Assembly (NCBI GenBank): GCA_024679065.1
Contig: JAGIQG010000003.1
Location: 85,250,001 to 85,314,000, forward strand
Direction of reading: 5' to 3'
DNA from: Sphyrna mokarran
Lineage: Eukaryota
DNA length: 64,000 nucleotides
Shown: piece after piece, positions 50,197 through 62,559 of the stretch
Numbering within the stretch: position 1 is the first letter of the stretch
How the letters are laid out: each line of letters opens with the position of its first letter
The notes under the pieces: model-generated
What the model was told of the DNA's origin: nothing
Seen by the model: only the letters and a program-made list of their open reading frames with translations
Database searches by the model: none
Made by a program: the position numbers and the translations under genes

Positions 50197-53100
50197 CAGG
50201 ATCATTTGGGAGGCAGAGACAGTTATAGATAAAAGCTACAGAGAGGTAGTTACTCTTAGAAATAAAGGTACTTGGGTGACTGTTAGAACGGGTAAGAGAC
50301 AGTCAGTGCAGTGATCCCCTGTGGCCGTTCCTCTGCATAACAAGTATACCATTTTGGATATTGTTGGGGGGATGACTTACTGGGGGTAAGCCGTAGAGTA
50401 CAGGTCTCTGGCACAGAGTCTGTCCCTGTTGCTCAGAAGGGAGAGGAGAGGAGTAGAGCATCAGCCATGGGGAACTCTAATAGTTAAGGGGACAGATCGA
50501 AGATTCTCTAGGAACAAGAGAAACTCTTGGTTGGAGTGTTGCCCACAAGGTGCCAGGGTCCTGGTCCACATAGGCACCAAAGACATTGGCAGGAAAAGGG
50601 ATCGGGATGTAAGAGAGAAGTTCAGGGAGTTAGGGTGGAAGCTTAGAGCTAGAACAAACAGAGTTGTTATCTCTGGTTTATTACTTGTCCCACGTGCTAG
50701 TGAGGTGAGGAATAGGGAGAAAGAACAGTTGAACATGTGGCTACAGGGATGGTGTAGGAGGGAGGGATTCAGATATCAAGATAATTGGGGATCATTCTGG
50801 GCTAGGTGGGACCTTTACAAATGGGATGACCTACACCTGAACCAGAGAGGTACCAATATCCGAGGAGTAAATTTGCTAATGCTCTTCAGGAGGGTTTAAA
50901 CTAATTCAACAGAGGGATGGGAACTTTAATTGTAGCTCCAGTATACACAGGAGGTTGGGAGTAGTGAGATCATGAATAAGGTTTCACAGGAATGTAATGG
51001 CAGGCAGGAAGGTGGTTTGAAGTATGTCTACTTCAATGCCAGGAGCATCTGGATTAAGGTGGGTGAACTTGCAGTATGGGTTGGTACCTGGGATTTCGAT
51101 TTTGTGCGCATTTCAGAGACGTGGATAGAGCAGGGACAGAAATGGTTGTTGCAGGTTCCGGAGTTTAGATGTCTTCAGCAAGATCAAGGAAGGTGGTAAA
51201 GAGGGATGCCAGTTACATAGTTATAAATTCCATCGGTTGGCTGGATGGGATTTATCCTAGGATTCTCTCAGAAGCTAGGGAGGAGATTGCAGAGCATTGT
51301 TAGTCAAGGACAGTATTAGGGTGGCAGAAAGGACATTTGATCAGGACTCATCTACTGAGGTAACATGGACTGAGGTTAGAAACAGGAAAGGAGAGGTCAA
51401 CCTGTTGGGACTTTTCTATAGGCCTCCAAAAAGTTCCAGAAATGTAGAGGAAAGGATTCCAAAGATGATTCTGGATAGGAGCCAAAGTAACATGATAGTT
51501 GTTATGGGGGAATTTAACTTTACAAATAATGCTGGAAATGCTATGGTTCGATTATTTTAGATGGTCAGTTTTTCTCCAACGTGTGCAGGAGGGTTTCCTG
51601 ACACAGTATGTAGATAGGCTGACAAGAGGCAAGGCAGTATTGGTTTTGGTATTGGATAATGAACCAGGCCAAGTGTTAGATTTGGAGGTAGATGAGCACT
51701 TTGGTGTAATGACCACAATTCGATTACGTTTACTTCAGCGATGGGAAGAGAGAGGGATATATATGACAAGGCAAGAGTTATAGCTGGGGGAAATAATGAT
51801 GCGATTAGGCAAGATTTAGGATGCATAGCATGTGGAAGGAAACTGCAAATTATGGGCACAATTGAAATGTGGAGCTTGCTGGAAGAATAACTACTGCATC
51901 ACCTTGGTTAGTATGTACTTGTCAGGCAGGCAGGAAATGGGTCAAGAGAGGAAACCATGGTTTACTAAAGAAGTTGAATCTCTCGTGAAGAGGATACTTA
52001 TGTAAAGATGTGACATGAAGACCCAGTTAGAGTGCTTGAGAGTTACAAGTTAGCCAGGAAGGACCTAAAGAGAGAGCTAAGCAGAGCCAGAAGGGGACAT
52101 GAGAAATCTTTGGCAGGTAGGATCAAGGAAAATCCTAAAGCTTTCTGTAGATGTGTCAGGAATAAAAAAATAACTAAAGTAAGAGTGGGACCAGTCAAGG
52201 ACAGTAGTGGGAAGTTGTGCATGGAGTCCAAAGAGATAGGGGACGTGCTAAATGAATATTTTTCGTCAGTTTCACACTGGAAAGACAATGTTGTCAAGAA
52301 TACTGAGATACAGACCATTAGACTAGATGGGATTGAGGTTCATAAGGAGAAGGTGTTAGCAATTCTGGAAAGTATGAAAAGAGATAAGTCTCCTGGGCTG
52401 GATAGGATTTATTCTAAGATTCTCTGGGAAGCTAGGATGGAGATTGCAGAGCTTTTGGCTTTGATCTTTATGTCGTCATTGTCTACAGGAATAGTGCTAG
52501 AAGACTGGAGGATAGCAAATATTGTCCCCTTGTTCAAGGAGTAGAGACAACCCTGATGATTATAGACCAGTGAGCCTTACTTCTATCGTAAGCAAAGTTT
52601 TGGAAAGGATTATAAGAGATAGAGTTTATAATCATCTAGAAAGGAATAATTTGATTAGGGATCGTCAACAAAGTCTTGTGAAGGGTAGGTCGTGCCTCAC
52701 AAACCTTACTGAGTTCTTTGAGATGACCAAAGAGGTCGATGAAGGTAAAACAGTTGCTGTGGTGTATATAGTTTCAGTAAAGCGTTTGATAAGTTTCCCC
52801 ATGGTAAGCTATTGCAGAAAACACGGAGGCATGGGATTGAGGGTGATTTAGTAGTATGGATCAGAAATTAGCTAACTATAAGAAGACAGAGCGTGGGAGT
52901 TGATGGGAAATGTTCATCCTGTAATTCAGTTACTAGTGGTGTACCGCAAAGATTTGTTTTGAGGCTACTACTGATTGTCATTCTTATTAATGACCTAGAT
53001 GAGGGCATAGAAGGATGGGTTAGTAAATTTGCGGATGACATTAAAGTCAGAATTGTAGATAATGGTGAAAGATGTTGCAGGTTTTAGAGGGGCATAGATA

Positions 53101-53898
53101 AGCGGCAGAGCTGGGCTGAGAGTTGGCAAATGGAGTTTAATGTGGACAAGTGTGAGGTGATTCACTTTGGAAAGAATAACAGGAAATACAGAGTACTGGA
53201 CTAATGGTAAAATACTTGGTAGTCTGGATGAGCAAAGAGATCTCGGTGTCCATGTGCATAGATCCCTGAAAGTTGGTACCAAGGTCGATAGGGTTGTTAA
53301 GAAGGCGTACGGTGTATTAGCTTTTATTGGTAGAAGGATTGAGTTTTGGAGCCGTGAGGTTTTGTTGCAACTGTATAAAACTCTGGTGCGGCACACCTGG
53401 AGTACCGTTCTGGTCGCCGCATTATAGGAAGGATGTGGAAGCATTGGAAAGGGTGCAAGTAGATTTATCAGGATGTTGCCTGATATGGTGGGAAGGTCTT
53501 ATGAGGAAAGGCTAGGGAACTTGTGACTATTTTCATTAGAGAGAACGTTAAGAGGTAATTTAATAGAGACATACAAGATGATTAGGGGATTAGATAGGGA
53601 TAGTGACAGCCTTTTTCCTTGGATGGTGATGGCTAGCACGAGGGGACGTAGCTTTAAATTGAGGGGTGATAAATATAGGACAGATGTCAGAGGTAGGTTC
53701 TTTACTCAGAGTTGTAAGGACATGGAATGCCGCCTTGCCTGCAACAGTACTGCACTCGCCAACATTAAGTGCATTTAAATAGTCATTGGATAAACATATG
53801 GATATTGGAATAATGTAGGTTAGATGGGCTTTAGATTGGTTTCACAGGTCAGTGCAACATCGAGGGCCAAAGGACCTATACTGTGCTGTAATGTTCTA
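50197..53898 (+). mobile_element. Near full-length CR1 LINE (SGNH-esterase ORF1, APE endonuclease + RT ORF2), pseudogenised
   Basis: ORF1 VHIGTKDIG, VVISGLL, DDLHLNQRGT; ORF2 YFNARSI, ISETW, YRPP, GEFN, YRPVSLTS, KGRSCLTNL, SGVPQ, KFADD; many frameshifts; TSD tgatct at 50191-50196 and 53899-53904. Confidence 0.93.
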
Positions 53899-56800
53899 TG
53901 ATCTGCCACCCTTACACTTACCTCATCCACACCAACAGACTGCTTCTTTTATTCATACACAAACACTTACCAGAATATGAGACTAGTGCCATAAGAAGAC
54001 AGCCTGACTTCTACAGATGCTCTTTGCTACTTTCTGCTGAGCGAGTTCTGCTGGACCCTCCATCAGGAATTGGAGTCTTCACTGTACGCACTAAGTGGAT
54101 AATTTACTGTCTGATCAGAACTGGACATAGATGTTCCCTCCTCAGGTTTCACGTGAATTCGTCTGCACACTGATGTTGAGTGTTTTCAGCAGTTTTGGTT
54201 TTTATTTTTGTTAAAGATGAGATGGAGATACTTGCATCAAATAATTCATTTTATTTAAAAGGCACAGACTACAGTTTGTTTTTGCTAGTTACTTAAATCA
54301 CAGAAAAAGGACAGTTTTATAAAAGTACTTGAGCATTGGAAAGAAATATTAAAGTTTCCAATTCGTGAACTATATATTTTCTCTCAAAGCTGTAATAATT
54401 ATTTTTATTTAATTTCATGTCTAAAAGTTATTACAAAGGCTGAACAACCAGAATGCTCACATATTTATATTCCCATAACCAGCACATGCTTTTGATTTTG
54501 CTGCATAGATGGTGTAGCCCAGACTAACATCCCCAGGAGCATTGTACCTGAAAAATTGATGAACAACACAAGTGCTTCACACCAGTTTCAGAAGTATTAT
54601 TATAGCACAATGGGGAATGTCTTCAGAGCAACTGGAAAGTTTATCAAAAACTGAGAAATATTACTTATAAATATAACTTAGAGGCAAAGCTTGTGACAGG
54701 ACTTCACAAAGAGTCAATATTGCAGCCAATAAAGTCTATTTACTGAATAAATAATGTTCATTGCAAGGGTCTTGACAAACTACAGCAAACAGAACTGATA
54801 ACATCTTGTTCCTTTCCTTATCCTCTCCCACTGAATACTTTTGCCTAAATAACACATCAACTATGAGGGAAGTCAGTCTATCCATGGGTCTGAGGTGGTG
54901 GCCAATCAAAATTATGCTAGTCTATGCAGGTTTCATTCAGGCCCAACTTTAAACAAAGTGGTGATTGTGGAAGTGCCAAGATTGTTCCTTACAGCATTAC
55001 TAAATGAAAACCCTGAATGTACCATGTTTCAAACTAACTCAATCCTAACACTCTGACAACAACCCATAACTTTATGGCAAAAAGGAGAGAGTTTTCTCTG
55101 CTAGCCGAATTCACAATTCCAGTTGACATATGGATTGACTCATTAATATCAGTGAAATATCTGTCCTTTCAGACTTTGGCTCGATTTGGAGATACCATTC
55201 TGAACTGTGTAATGTTATAGTAAAGTGCTGGTGATTCTGGGTATTGGTAGTGTTAAGAGGAGCAGTTGGAGGTGGTGCATTAGGTCTGTCACACTGTAAA
55301 GCACTACTCTGATCTTTGCTTATCATTTACCGGCAGCAGTTAGCCTACTAACAAGACTGGAATACAGTATGCTAACCAATGCATTAATCCAGTGTTTGAT
55401 CCATGCCCAAATTATGGGACACTTGTTCAGTATTTCTGATGGGTGCACATTAGCAAACTCTTCTCAGAGTTTATGAAATGAATCCGCAACTTCAAAGTTA
55501 ACACGAATACGGTTGGAAAAGAGGAATAATCTCTGGAGTTATATGAAATTCAGGCAAAGTGTCGCTAAAATGTCTTGTGGAAGATCCAATCATTTCTTTA
55601 TGTTTGACCAGATTCACACAGCGATTTATGCCACTCATGGATTCATACGTACAGTACTCAAGCACCTGGTGTGAGACTCCCCAATGAGAATGTCATATAT
55701 TCAAAGAGATGGGACATGAACTTGTCAGTACCAGGTGATAAAAGTAGAATTGTTTGGCTAATGTTCCTTTTGGAAGCTCCTGTATTAAAAAAATGTCCTT
55801 CAACTGGAATGCAATTAAAAAAGACTATGCTACTGAGATAACTGTTATACTAGAGGGTTAAACTTTCATCAGATGTCTATCTTCATGCTGCACAGTTAGA
55901 TGCACGCTGACAAAATGCGCATTATGTAAGGAGCAATCTGGGCACTTGATAGTCTTCTGATTCCCTGATACAGCACAACAAATCTCTTAACTACTCCAAG
56001 AACAATCTGAGCAGACAAAGAGGCAAGACAAGGCAGCAACATAAAATATGGATTTCTTAAAATGTTGGTGACTAATATGTGATCAATTTCTAACATAAAC
56101 CTGCAATGCTAAATGAAGTGAAATTTAATTACATAGATTAAGTTTGCTACACATATATTTTTATGAGATGTTATATAAAAATGCTTTCCCAAGCAATCCA
56201 ACAAATGCTTGATTGATTAAGTATTTTGGCCTTGTTTACCACAGGTCTCCAAGCAATAATCATTTGAATAAGATTGCTGGCTAAAATTGTTTGGTCGCAA
56301 TCCAAAATATAACTCGCACGTAATAAACAAGATACTTTGGCATTCAAAGAAATGCTTACATTGAGATCTCTGCTGTTGTTGCACTTTGAAAACAACATGA
56401 TTTCATAGGAAATAACCTGTGGATTCTCCTGCTATTTGTATAAATGAATCCTTGGCCGGTCCTTTCCTTTGGATATTTTACCTCCTTCTGGTCCAGTTTT
56501 CCTCTGAAGATATCAGTATGCCCTAGCTTATAATTTAATAGAATTAGCCTTTTTCCTGCACCTCATCCAGTGCTATTCCAGTGCAGCCTATGCAATTGGT
56601 TGTATGGGGGTGGGAAGGAGAGGGGAGGATCCACAATAATTGCACTCTGCAACCAGGGGAGACAAACTAAATGTCCACTGTAGTATTTCTATGATGTCTG
56701 CACTTCAGCATAAAATCTGAATATGTACATAAAACAGACAGACACACACACAGGTTTAAATAGATAGCAAGCATTTCAGAATCAGTGCCGAAGGAGTTCA

Positions 56801-57492
56801 CTATACTGGCACTGGCAAATTTACTTGGCTTTTGCAATACTTCTGATAGTTTCAGAGGTGCTATGCACTTCTAAACTTTCTTCCATAGAATGAACCAGCA
56901 ATTCCAGTTTATATTCATTGGTCTTGCTACAGGGGAAGATGGAAGAGTGAGAAAAGGGACAGACAGAGGCAGTGACCGTGCAATGAAGCTCTAAAACAGC
57001 AGTGCAAATAATTTGCTAATATATATGAACTTTATATATCAATAGGTAGCAAGCAATGGCAAGCAAACCAAATAAGGACCAATTGGTTATTAATCTTGAC
57101 AACCTCCTCACTGAAATATTCCATGTATACAGAGGATGTTAATATTTCAGTCCCTAATTTCAGACACGCTAGTTGCATTTCATCTATTTGCACATTTCCA
57201 GGAACTTTTTGTGAAAATTGCAGGAAAATTGCAATTGCTCAACCTTCAGTGGAACAGTCCGGCATATTAACATGCTAATTGAGTTCCTCATTCCTTTTAT
57301 TATGTTGCATTATTAAAAATAAACTCTGGAGCTTAATAAACTTAAACTCTGGAGTTTATTAAACTGGTATGAATCTCCAGTCCTAAATGCTGGTTCTTTA
57401 TGGTGGTTAAAAATACATTCTATTTTGTCAATAGTCAGGAGTGCTAGTTTTTATTGGAAGCTCGTGTCATGCTTTTGTGTTGGAATGCTCAC

Positions 57493-57576
57493 TTCCTTGT
57501 CCGTTTGTTTTCAGTACTCCTTTTTCTGGACACTCCTCTCATTTTCCTTTTCTGACTCTTCACATTCAACAGTTCC
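57493..57576 (-). other. Candidate exon of an unidentified minus-strand transcript
   Basis: Strong acceptor ttaatttcttttgcgtgttacttctcttgcag|gg, purine-rich body, possible donor aa|gtgagc giving 84 nt (ELLNVKSQKRKMRGVSRKRSTENKRTR); alternatively a terminal exon GTVECEESEKENERSVQKKEY*. Confidence 0.35.
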
Positions 57577-58611
57577 CTGCAAGAGAAGTAACACGCAAAA
57601 GAAATTAAATTAAAAGCAGATATTTTATATGGCCCAGCAGATGCAAACTATTTGGCTGTTGAACCATAAGCACTGCAGGATCTCAGAATATTCCTCACTT
57701 CAGAAGGAAGATAGCACAATGCTGAGAGGGACAAGTGAAGGCCAGCTGCTCTCCGTTAAGTTTAACAGAGAATCAACACCAGGACCTTCTCATGTCCCTC
57801 ACTGCTAACAGCTCGTGAAAATGGCACAAATAAGGTTCCCCTGGCAGCTTAATAAATTTAGCTATTCAGCTATGGGGATGCACAATCCAGAAAGTTCCAA
57901 GGTTTGAAATCTGGTCTGTGTTGAGTTAGCTGATCTCCGATAGGGTGAGAGTCACCATAATTAGCTTCAGGTCTAAGGGAAGTAAAATAAATGAACAAAG
58001 CAACTTCTGCTGATCATTTTCCAATTCCTCCTGTTGAAATTTACCAAAGAATGTCAGGCAACAACAGGATCAAATGTGAACGTTGCCCTTCATGGTCAAA
58101 CAGACCATTAACACCTACAGTGAAGGCTCACGGATGCAAAAAAGGAGGCCTAATTGAGCTACTGAAGAATATCCAAAGCCTCTGGATCATTAACAAGTGG
58201 CTAATGCTCCAGCATTAAGGATGGTAAGGGCAAAAGAAAACGTGCTGGCTGAGAGGGCAAGAAGAAGGAAAAAATGTAATTGATTCAGGATCTGCCTGGT
58301 TTTCTACCTGCCTTCCTACATATGATCAGGGCAAGAAAATAAATAAACATTTGAGGCCGATCAAAGAAAAATATTTCAGGTTATTAGGTTGGGACATAAA
58401 TCAAGGCTTCTTATTTCACCTTACAATATCCCTTCCTCAAATTATGTCAAATGAAAAAATTAAATTCAACTTCAACCGATTTCTTATTACTAAAACAATC
58501 AAACAAATAATTAACAATGAGCATTCCTTATTAATTAAGAAATGTCTTCCAGTAAGCTGCAGGAAGTGGAAATGTGTTATACATCAGACACCACAAGCAG
58601 AATAGAAACAG

Positions 58612-58960
58612 AAGGTTCTAGAAATAGTCAGAAGATCTGGCACCATGTGTGGAGAGAGAAACAGAGGTAATGTTAGCTCATCAGAATAAACCTCACTGAC
58701 CGGCCCCGACTATCCTCGCTGACCGGCCCTGACTGGCCCCAACTATTCTCATTGACCAGCCCTGACTGCCCTCGCTGACCGGCCCCCACTACTCTCACTG
58801 ACTGGCCCTGACTGCCGTCACTGACTGGTCCTAATAACTCTCACTAACCAGCCCTGACTGCCCTCTGTGACACTTATGAAAAGTCTTTTCTAACCTAAAA
58901 TGTTAACTCTGTTTCTCTCTCCATGGTTGCTGCCAGACTTGGTGAATATTTCCAGAATGC
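58612..58960. mobile_element. Palindromic Penelope-like element
   Basis: Inverted arms tctggcaccatgtgtggagagagaaacagaggtaatgtt / aatgttaactctgtttctctctccatggttgctgccaga. Confidence 0.7.
58691..58865. repeat. GC-rich minisatellite, about 22-23 bp unit (cctcactgaccggccccgactgc)
   Basis: About 8 degenerate tandem units. Confidence 0.9.
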
Positions 58961-59275
58961 AACGTGTCTGGAATTATTACAGAACTTTCAGGATGGGATA
59001 AATGAGTTTGAAAGAATATTCTGCTAGAGGAGCAAGTATGAGAATGCTGTGGATTATTCCAGGCAACAGTCAGTACGTTTGTCACCTCTACTGCTCTCTA
59101 TTCAATGAGCAGACTAGAAAGTCATCCAAAGCCTGTTTGGCTTCTTGTCTTTCCTTTCCCAATGAATATTTACTATGGTCCAGCAAAACATGAACTTATG
59201 TTCAACAGGAAATTTAAAAAAAATTCTCTTAAAACAGAGGCTAAGATTGGCCTCAACTTTAAAGATATTGGCCTG

Positions 59276-59570
59276 TGGCAGCATGGTAGCACAGTGGTTA
59301 GCACTACACTGTTGCCTCACAGTGCCAGGGATCTGGGTTTGATTGCCTGCTTGGATGACTACCTGTGCAAGTCTGCACATTCTCCCCATGTCTGCATGAG
59401 TTTCCTCTGGGTACTCTCCCAAAGTCCAAAAGATGTGCTGGTTAGGTACATTGGCCATGCTAAATTTTCTCTGGCGCCCAAGTGTGGTGACTAGAAGATT
59501 TTAACAGTAAATTCATTGTAGTGTGAGCGTAATACTTCTGACATTACTTGTGACACTAATAAATAAACTT
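59276..59570 (+). mobile_element. HE1-type V-SINE with alternative tail
   Basis: ggcagcatggtagcacagtggttagcact head, V-domain, taataaataaactt end. Confidence 0.85.
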
Positions 59571-59851
59571 ACAAACAAATAAATACTCTGGTCTATGGAA
59601 CGGAGAGTGGACATGGAACAAAGTCACATGTCTGGGCTCTGTGGGAATCCTGGCGCACACTGCCTGGGAAGTTAAAACTCCCAATGGGATGATTCCTTGC
59701 TGCCCGGGACTCTTCGTCAATGCCTTCGAGCCTGAGCTTAAGTAAAAGAATTGGACTAAATATGTGAGATTTAATTGGATACTTACCCAAGAAACGTACA
59801 GACCCATTCACCCAATGCCAATCACCCTCACTGAGTAGACACCAGCCCCAA

Positions 59852-59970
59852 TTGACCGGCCCTGATGCCCTCACTGACCGGCTCTGATCGCCTTCACTGA
59901 CCGGCCCCGACCATCCTCACTGACCGGCCCTGATGCCCTCACTGACCGGCCCCGACCGCCCTCAGACCAG
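59852..59970. repeat. Second array of the same minisatellite
   Basis: About 5 units of cctcactgaccggccc(t/c)ga. Confidence 0.9.
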
Positions 59971-60139
59971 CTTTACCTGGCCTTTCACGAACCCTAACTC
60001 ACTCATTCTTAAGTGAATGGCCCTTTAAAAAAATGATGTGGAAATGGTTGCTAATGCCATGAGAAGTAGACCCTCTCTCCTCCCGATACGAAACCACATG
60101 CTGGGATTAGAAAGGTGACACAATGCTGCCCATTTCAAG

Positions 60140-60416
60140 CCTACAACAATAACAATCCCAACCAGGTCCCATCCCCGTAACTCCACGTATTTACAATCCT
60201 AATCTCCCTGACAGTAAGGAGCAATTTATCATGGCCAATCAACATAACCTGCCCATCTTTGGACTGTAGGAGGAAACTGGAGCAGCTGGAGGAAACCCAC
60301 ACAAGACCAGGCGAGAATGTACAAACTCCACACAGACAGTGACCCGAGGTTGGAATTGAACCTGGATCCCTGTAGCTGTGAGGCAGCAATACTAACCACT
60401 GTGTCACCATGCCGCC
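60140..60416 (-). mobile_element. HE1 V-SINE
   Basis: gaattgaacctggatccc...ctgtgaggcagcaatactaaccactgtgtcaccatgccgcc with V-domain, antisense. Confidence 0.9.
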
Positions 60417-62199
60417 CCAGATCCCGAAGAAATTGCCAGTAAGATTGGATCAGGAAAATATTTGTGGTGAGTGGAAATGTGCACAGCATTGCTAGGCCAC
60501 TGGATTACAACAGATGTTCTTCAAGGAATACTTTCCATCACCTCCTTGTTATACTACAGTCAGAATTCAATTGGATGGTTTCGTAAATGCAGCATAATTA
60601 AAATCCAATCGAGGTAGCAATTTAAGGCAGGATGCCGATTGAAAGCTGCAGTGCATCAAATGTGTATTGTTTCAGGCCATGCCATGATGCCATGTTACAT
60701 GAATGTGCCTCACAGGCTGGAGGAATGCATGGAACTCACTCAATGGAGGACTTATGACACATGCAGTGTATTGGGATCAGTTCCACGTGCTGAAGGAACA
60801 TGTCAATTCAACTGCAAGACTACACTTTGTTAAGGCTACCATCCTGCTAGCACAAACAACAGTGGCACAACGAGTTGCTAAAATTGGTTTGGCTCAGTTT
60901 GCAATATATCTGACTTCTATATCTGAAGGTTATGGATCTGACCCCTCATCCTGTGACTAATCAGCTAGGCTAGGACTCCTGTGCAGAGCTTAACAGATGC
61001 TACATACTTGCTTCCCCAATGAAGGTAGAGTTCTTTCTGCCTCCCTTGGTATATGCTCTACTGCACTAATTTAAGAGTAGAAAATGTACTGAATAAAACC
61101 CTCTGTCTTCGTCAGCAAAGAGTCACTTTTTTTAAAACAGTTTTTCTACGGCAATAAGCAATTTTATATGGTAAATTATAGAAACTGGCTCTTCCAATTT
61201 CCTATAAATTTATGTTTACTTTTAATAATCTTGATTCATACGTTCTAACTCAAGTCTCAGAGGGTGAGAGCCATTATTCTTTTAATATCTTAAGACTAGA
61301 CTACACAACAGCTTGTGGTATTTCAAGCTAATATTAAAAAGTGTGTTCAGTTTAACTTATGCCAGATGCATTGTGTATAAGGTCATTTTTCTATTTGGAG
61401 ATGAAGATTCACTTTTCCCTTTCCTGTTCATTGCCCACAACATTTTATTAGGCTTTTCAGATTATTTTGATGTATTGCATGCTACACACAGGAGGAATAT
61501 CTCGGCTAGTTTAATACAAGTATGTTTATAAATTCACAAGACACTCATTTCAGAAGCTTTGATTAGCAATACAATCACAATCAACACAGCATTTCCGCAT
61601 TTTGCTGTCTTTTCATTGCTGTGAGCAAAAGAAAAACAAATCTTGCATTTACACAATGCATTTCAAAGTCGTTTTAGCACTTCAAAATCAATGGATTACA
61701 TTTTTGAGGTTTGTTTCTGTCGCGTAGGTAAGCGAAAGTGGCAGCACAGGAAGATCTCTGAAGTGTGACTTGGATCCTTCCAAGATCCTATGTCACACAG
61801 ATTGAGCCTTGGGTTCATCAAAAAATAATTGTTCACAATTGCAATGAAGGGGAAAACGATAGCCACCATGTAATCAATTTAATCAAACCCTAATAATTAT
61901 CAAACAAATACAGCCACAGAAATACAACATGGCTATGGATTTAGCATGGTCAGATGGACTACTAGCACTAATCACAAAAATCAAGCATTAGTGTAAGAAG
62001 GGAATTAATTACCTATCCGGATAATTGACAGATACTAACTTTTTCTGACTGGCACCTAAAATGAAATGGCTCATAAGATTATGGTACCCAATACCCTCTG
62101 GGTCTCGCAACTGATGTATGTGTCTCCAAATATCAAATCTCCAAAAATTTGCCCTGTAATTCACACTTTGCTGTATTAAGTTTATTTTGCTCAAAGATG

Positions 62200-62505
62200 T
62201 AATCATAGATTCCCCTATGTGCAGAAGGAGGCCATTCAGTCCACTGAGTCTGCATTTGCTCTCCAAAGAGAACCTTACCCATGCCCACACCACTGTTCTA
62301 TCCTTGTAACCCCATGCATTTAGCATGGCCAATCCACCTAACCTACACATCTTTGGACTGTGGGAGGAAATTGAAGCACCTGGTGAAAACCCACGCAGAT
62401 ATGGGAGAACGTGAAAACACCATACATACAGACCCGAGGCCAGAATCAAACCCGGATCCATGACACGATGAGGCAACAGTGCTAACCACTGTGCCATTCT
62501 GCTGT
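62200..62505 (-). mobile_element. HE1 V-SINE, full length with HER1 tail
   Basis: gaatcaaacccgg B-box, V-domain and aatcatagattccc...gaaggaggccattcag tail, antisense. Confidence 0.9.
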
Positions 62506-62559
62506 CCCATCTTATTCAATAACAGCTAGTTAAAAAGCCCAGCCCCAGAAGAAATTGTG

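Noticed and set aside
55860-55970. Minus-strand peptide KCPDCSLHNAHFVSVHLTVQH resembling a C2H2 finger
   Set aside because: Wrong Cys-His spacing, weak acceptor and single occurrence; likely chance.
58691-59970. CRISPR-like array
   Set aside because: Units are directly tandem and degenerate with no unique spacers, in eukaryotic DNA; these are minisatellites.
60340-60416. tRNA genes at SINE heads
   Set aside because: A/B boxes run directly into SINE bodies and lack a complete cloverleaf.
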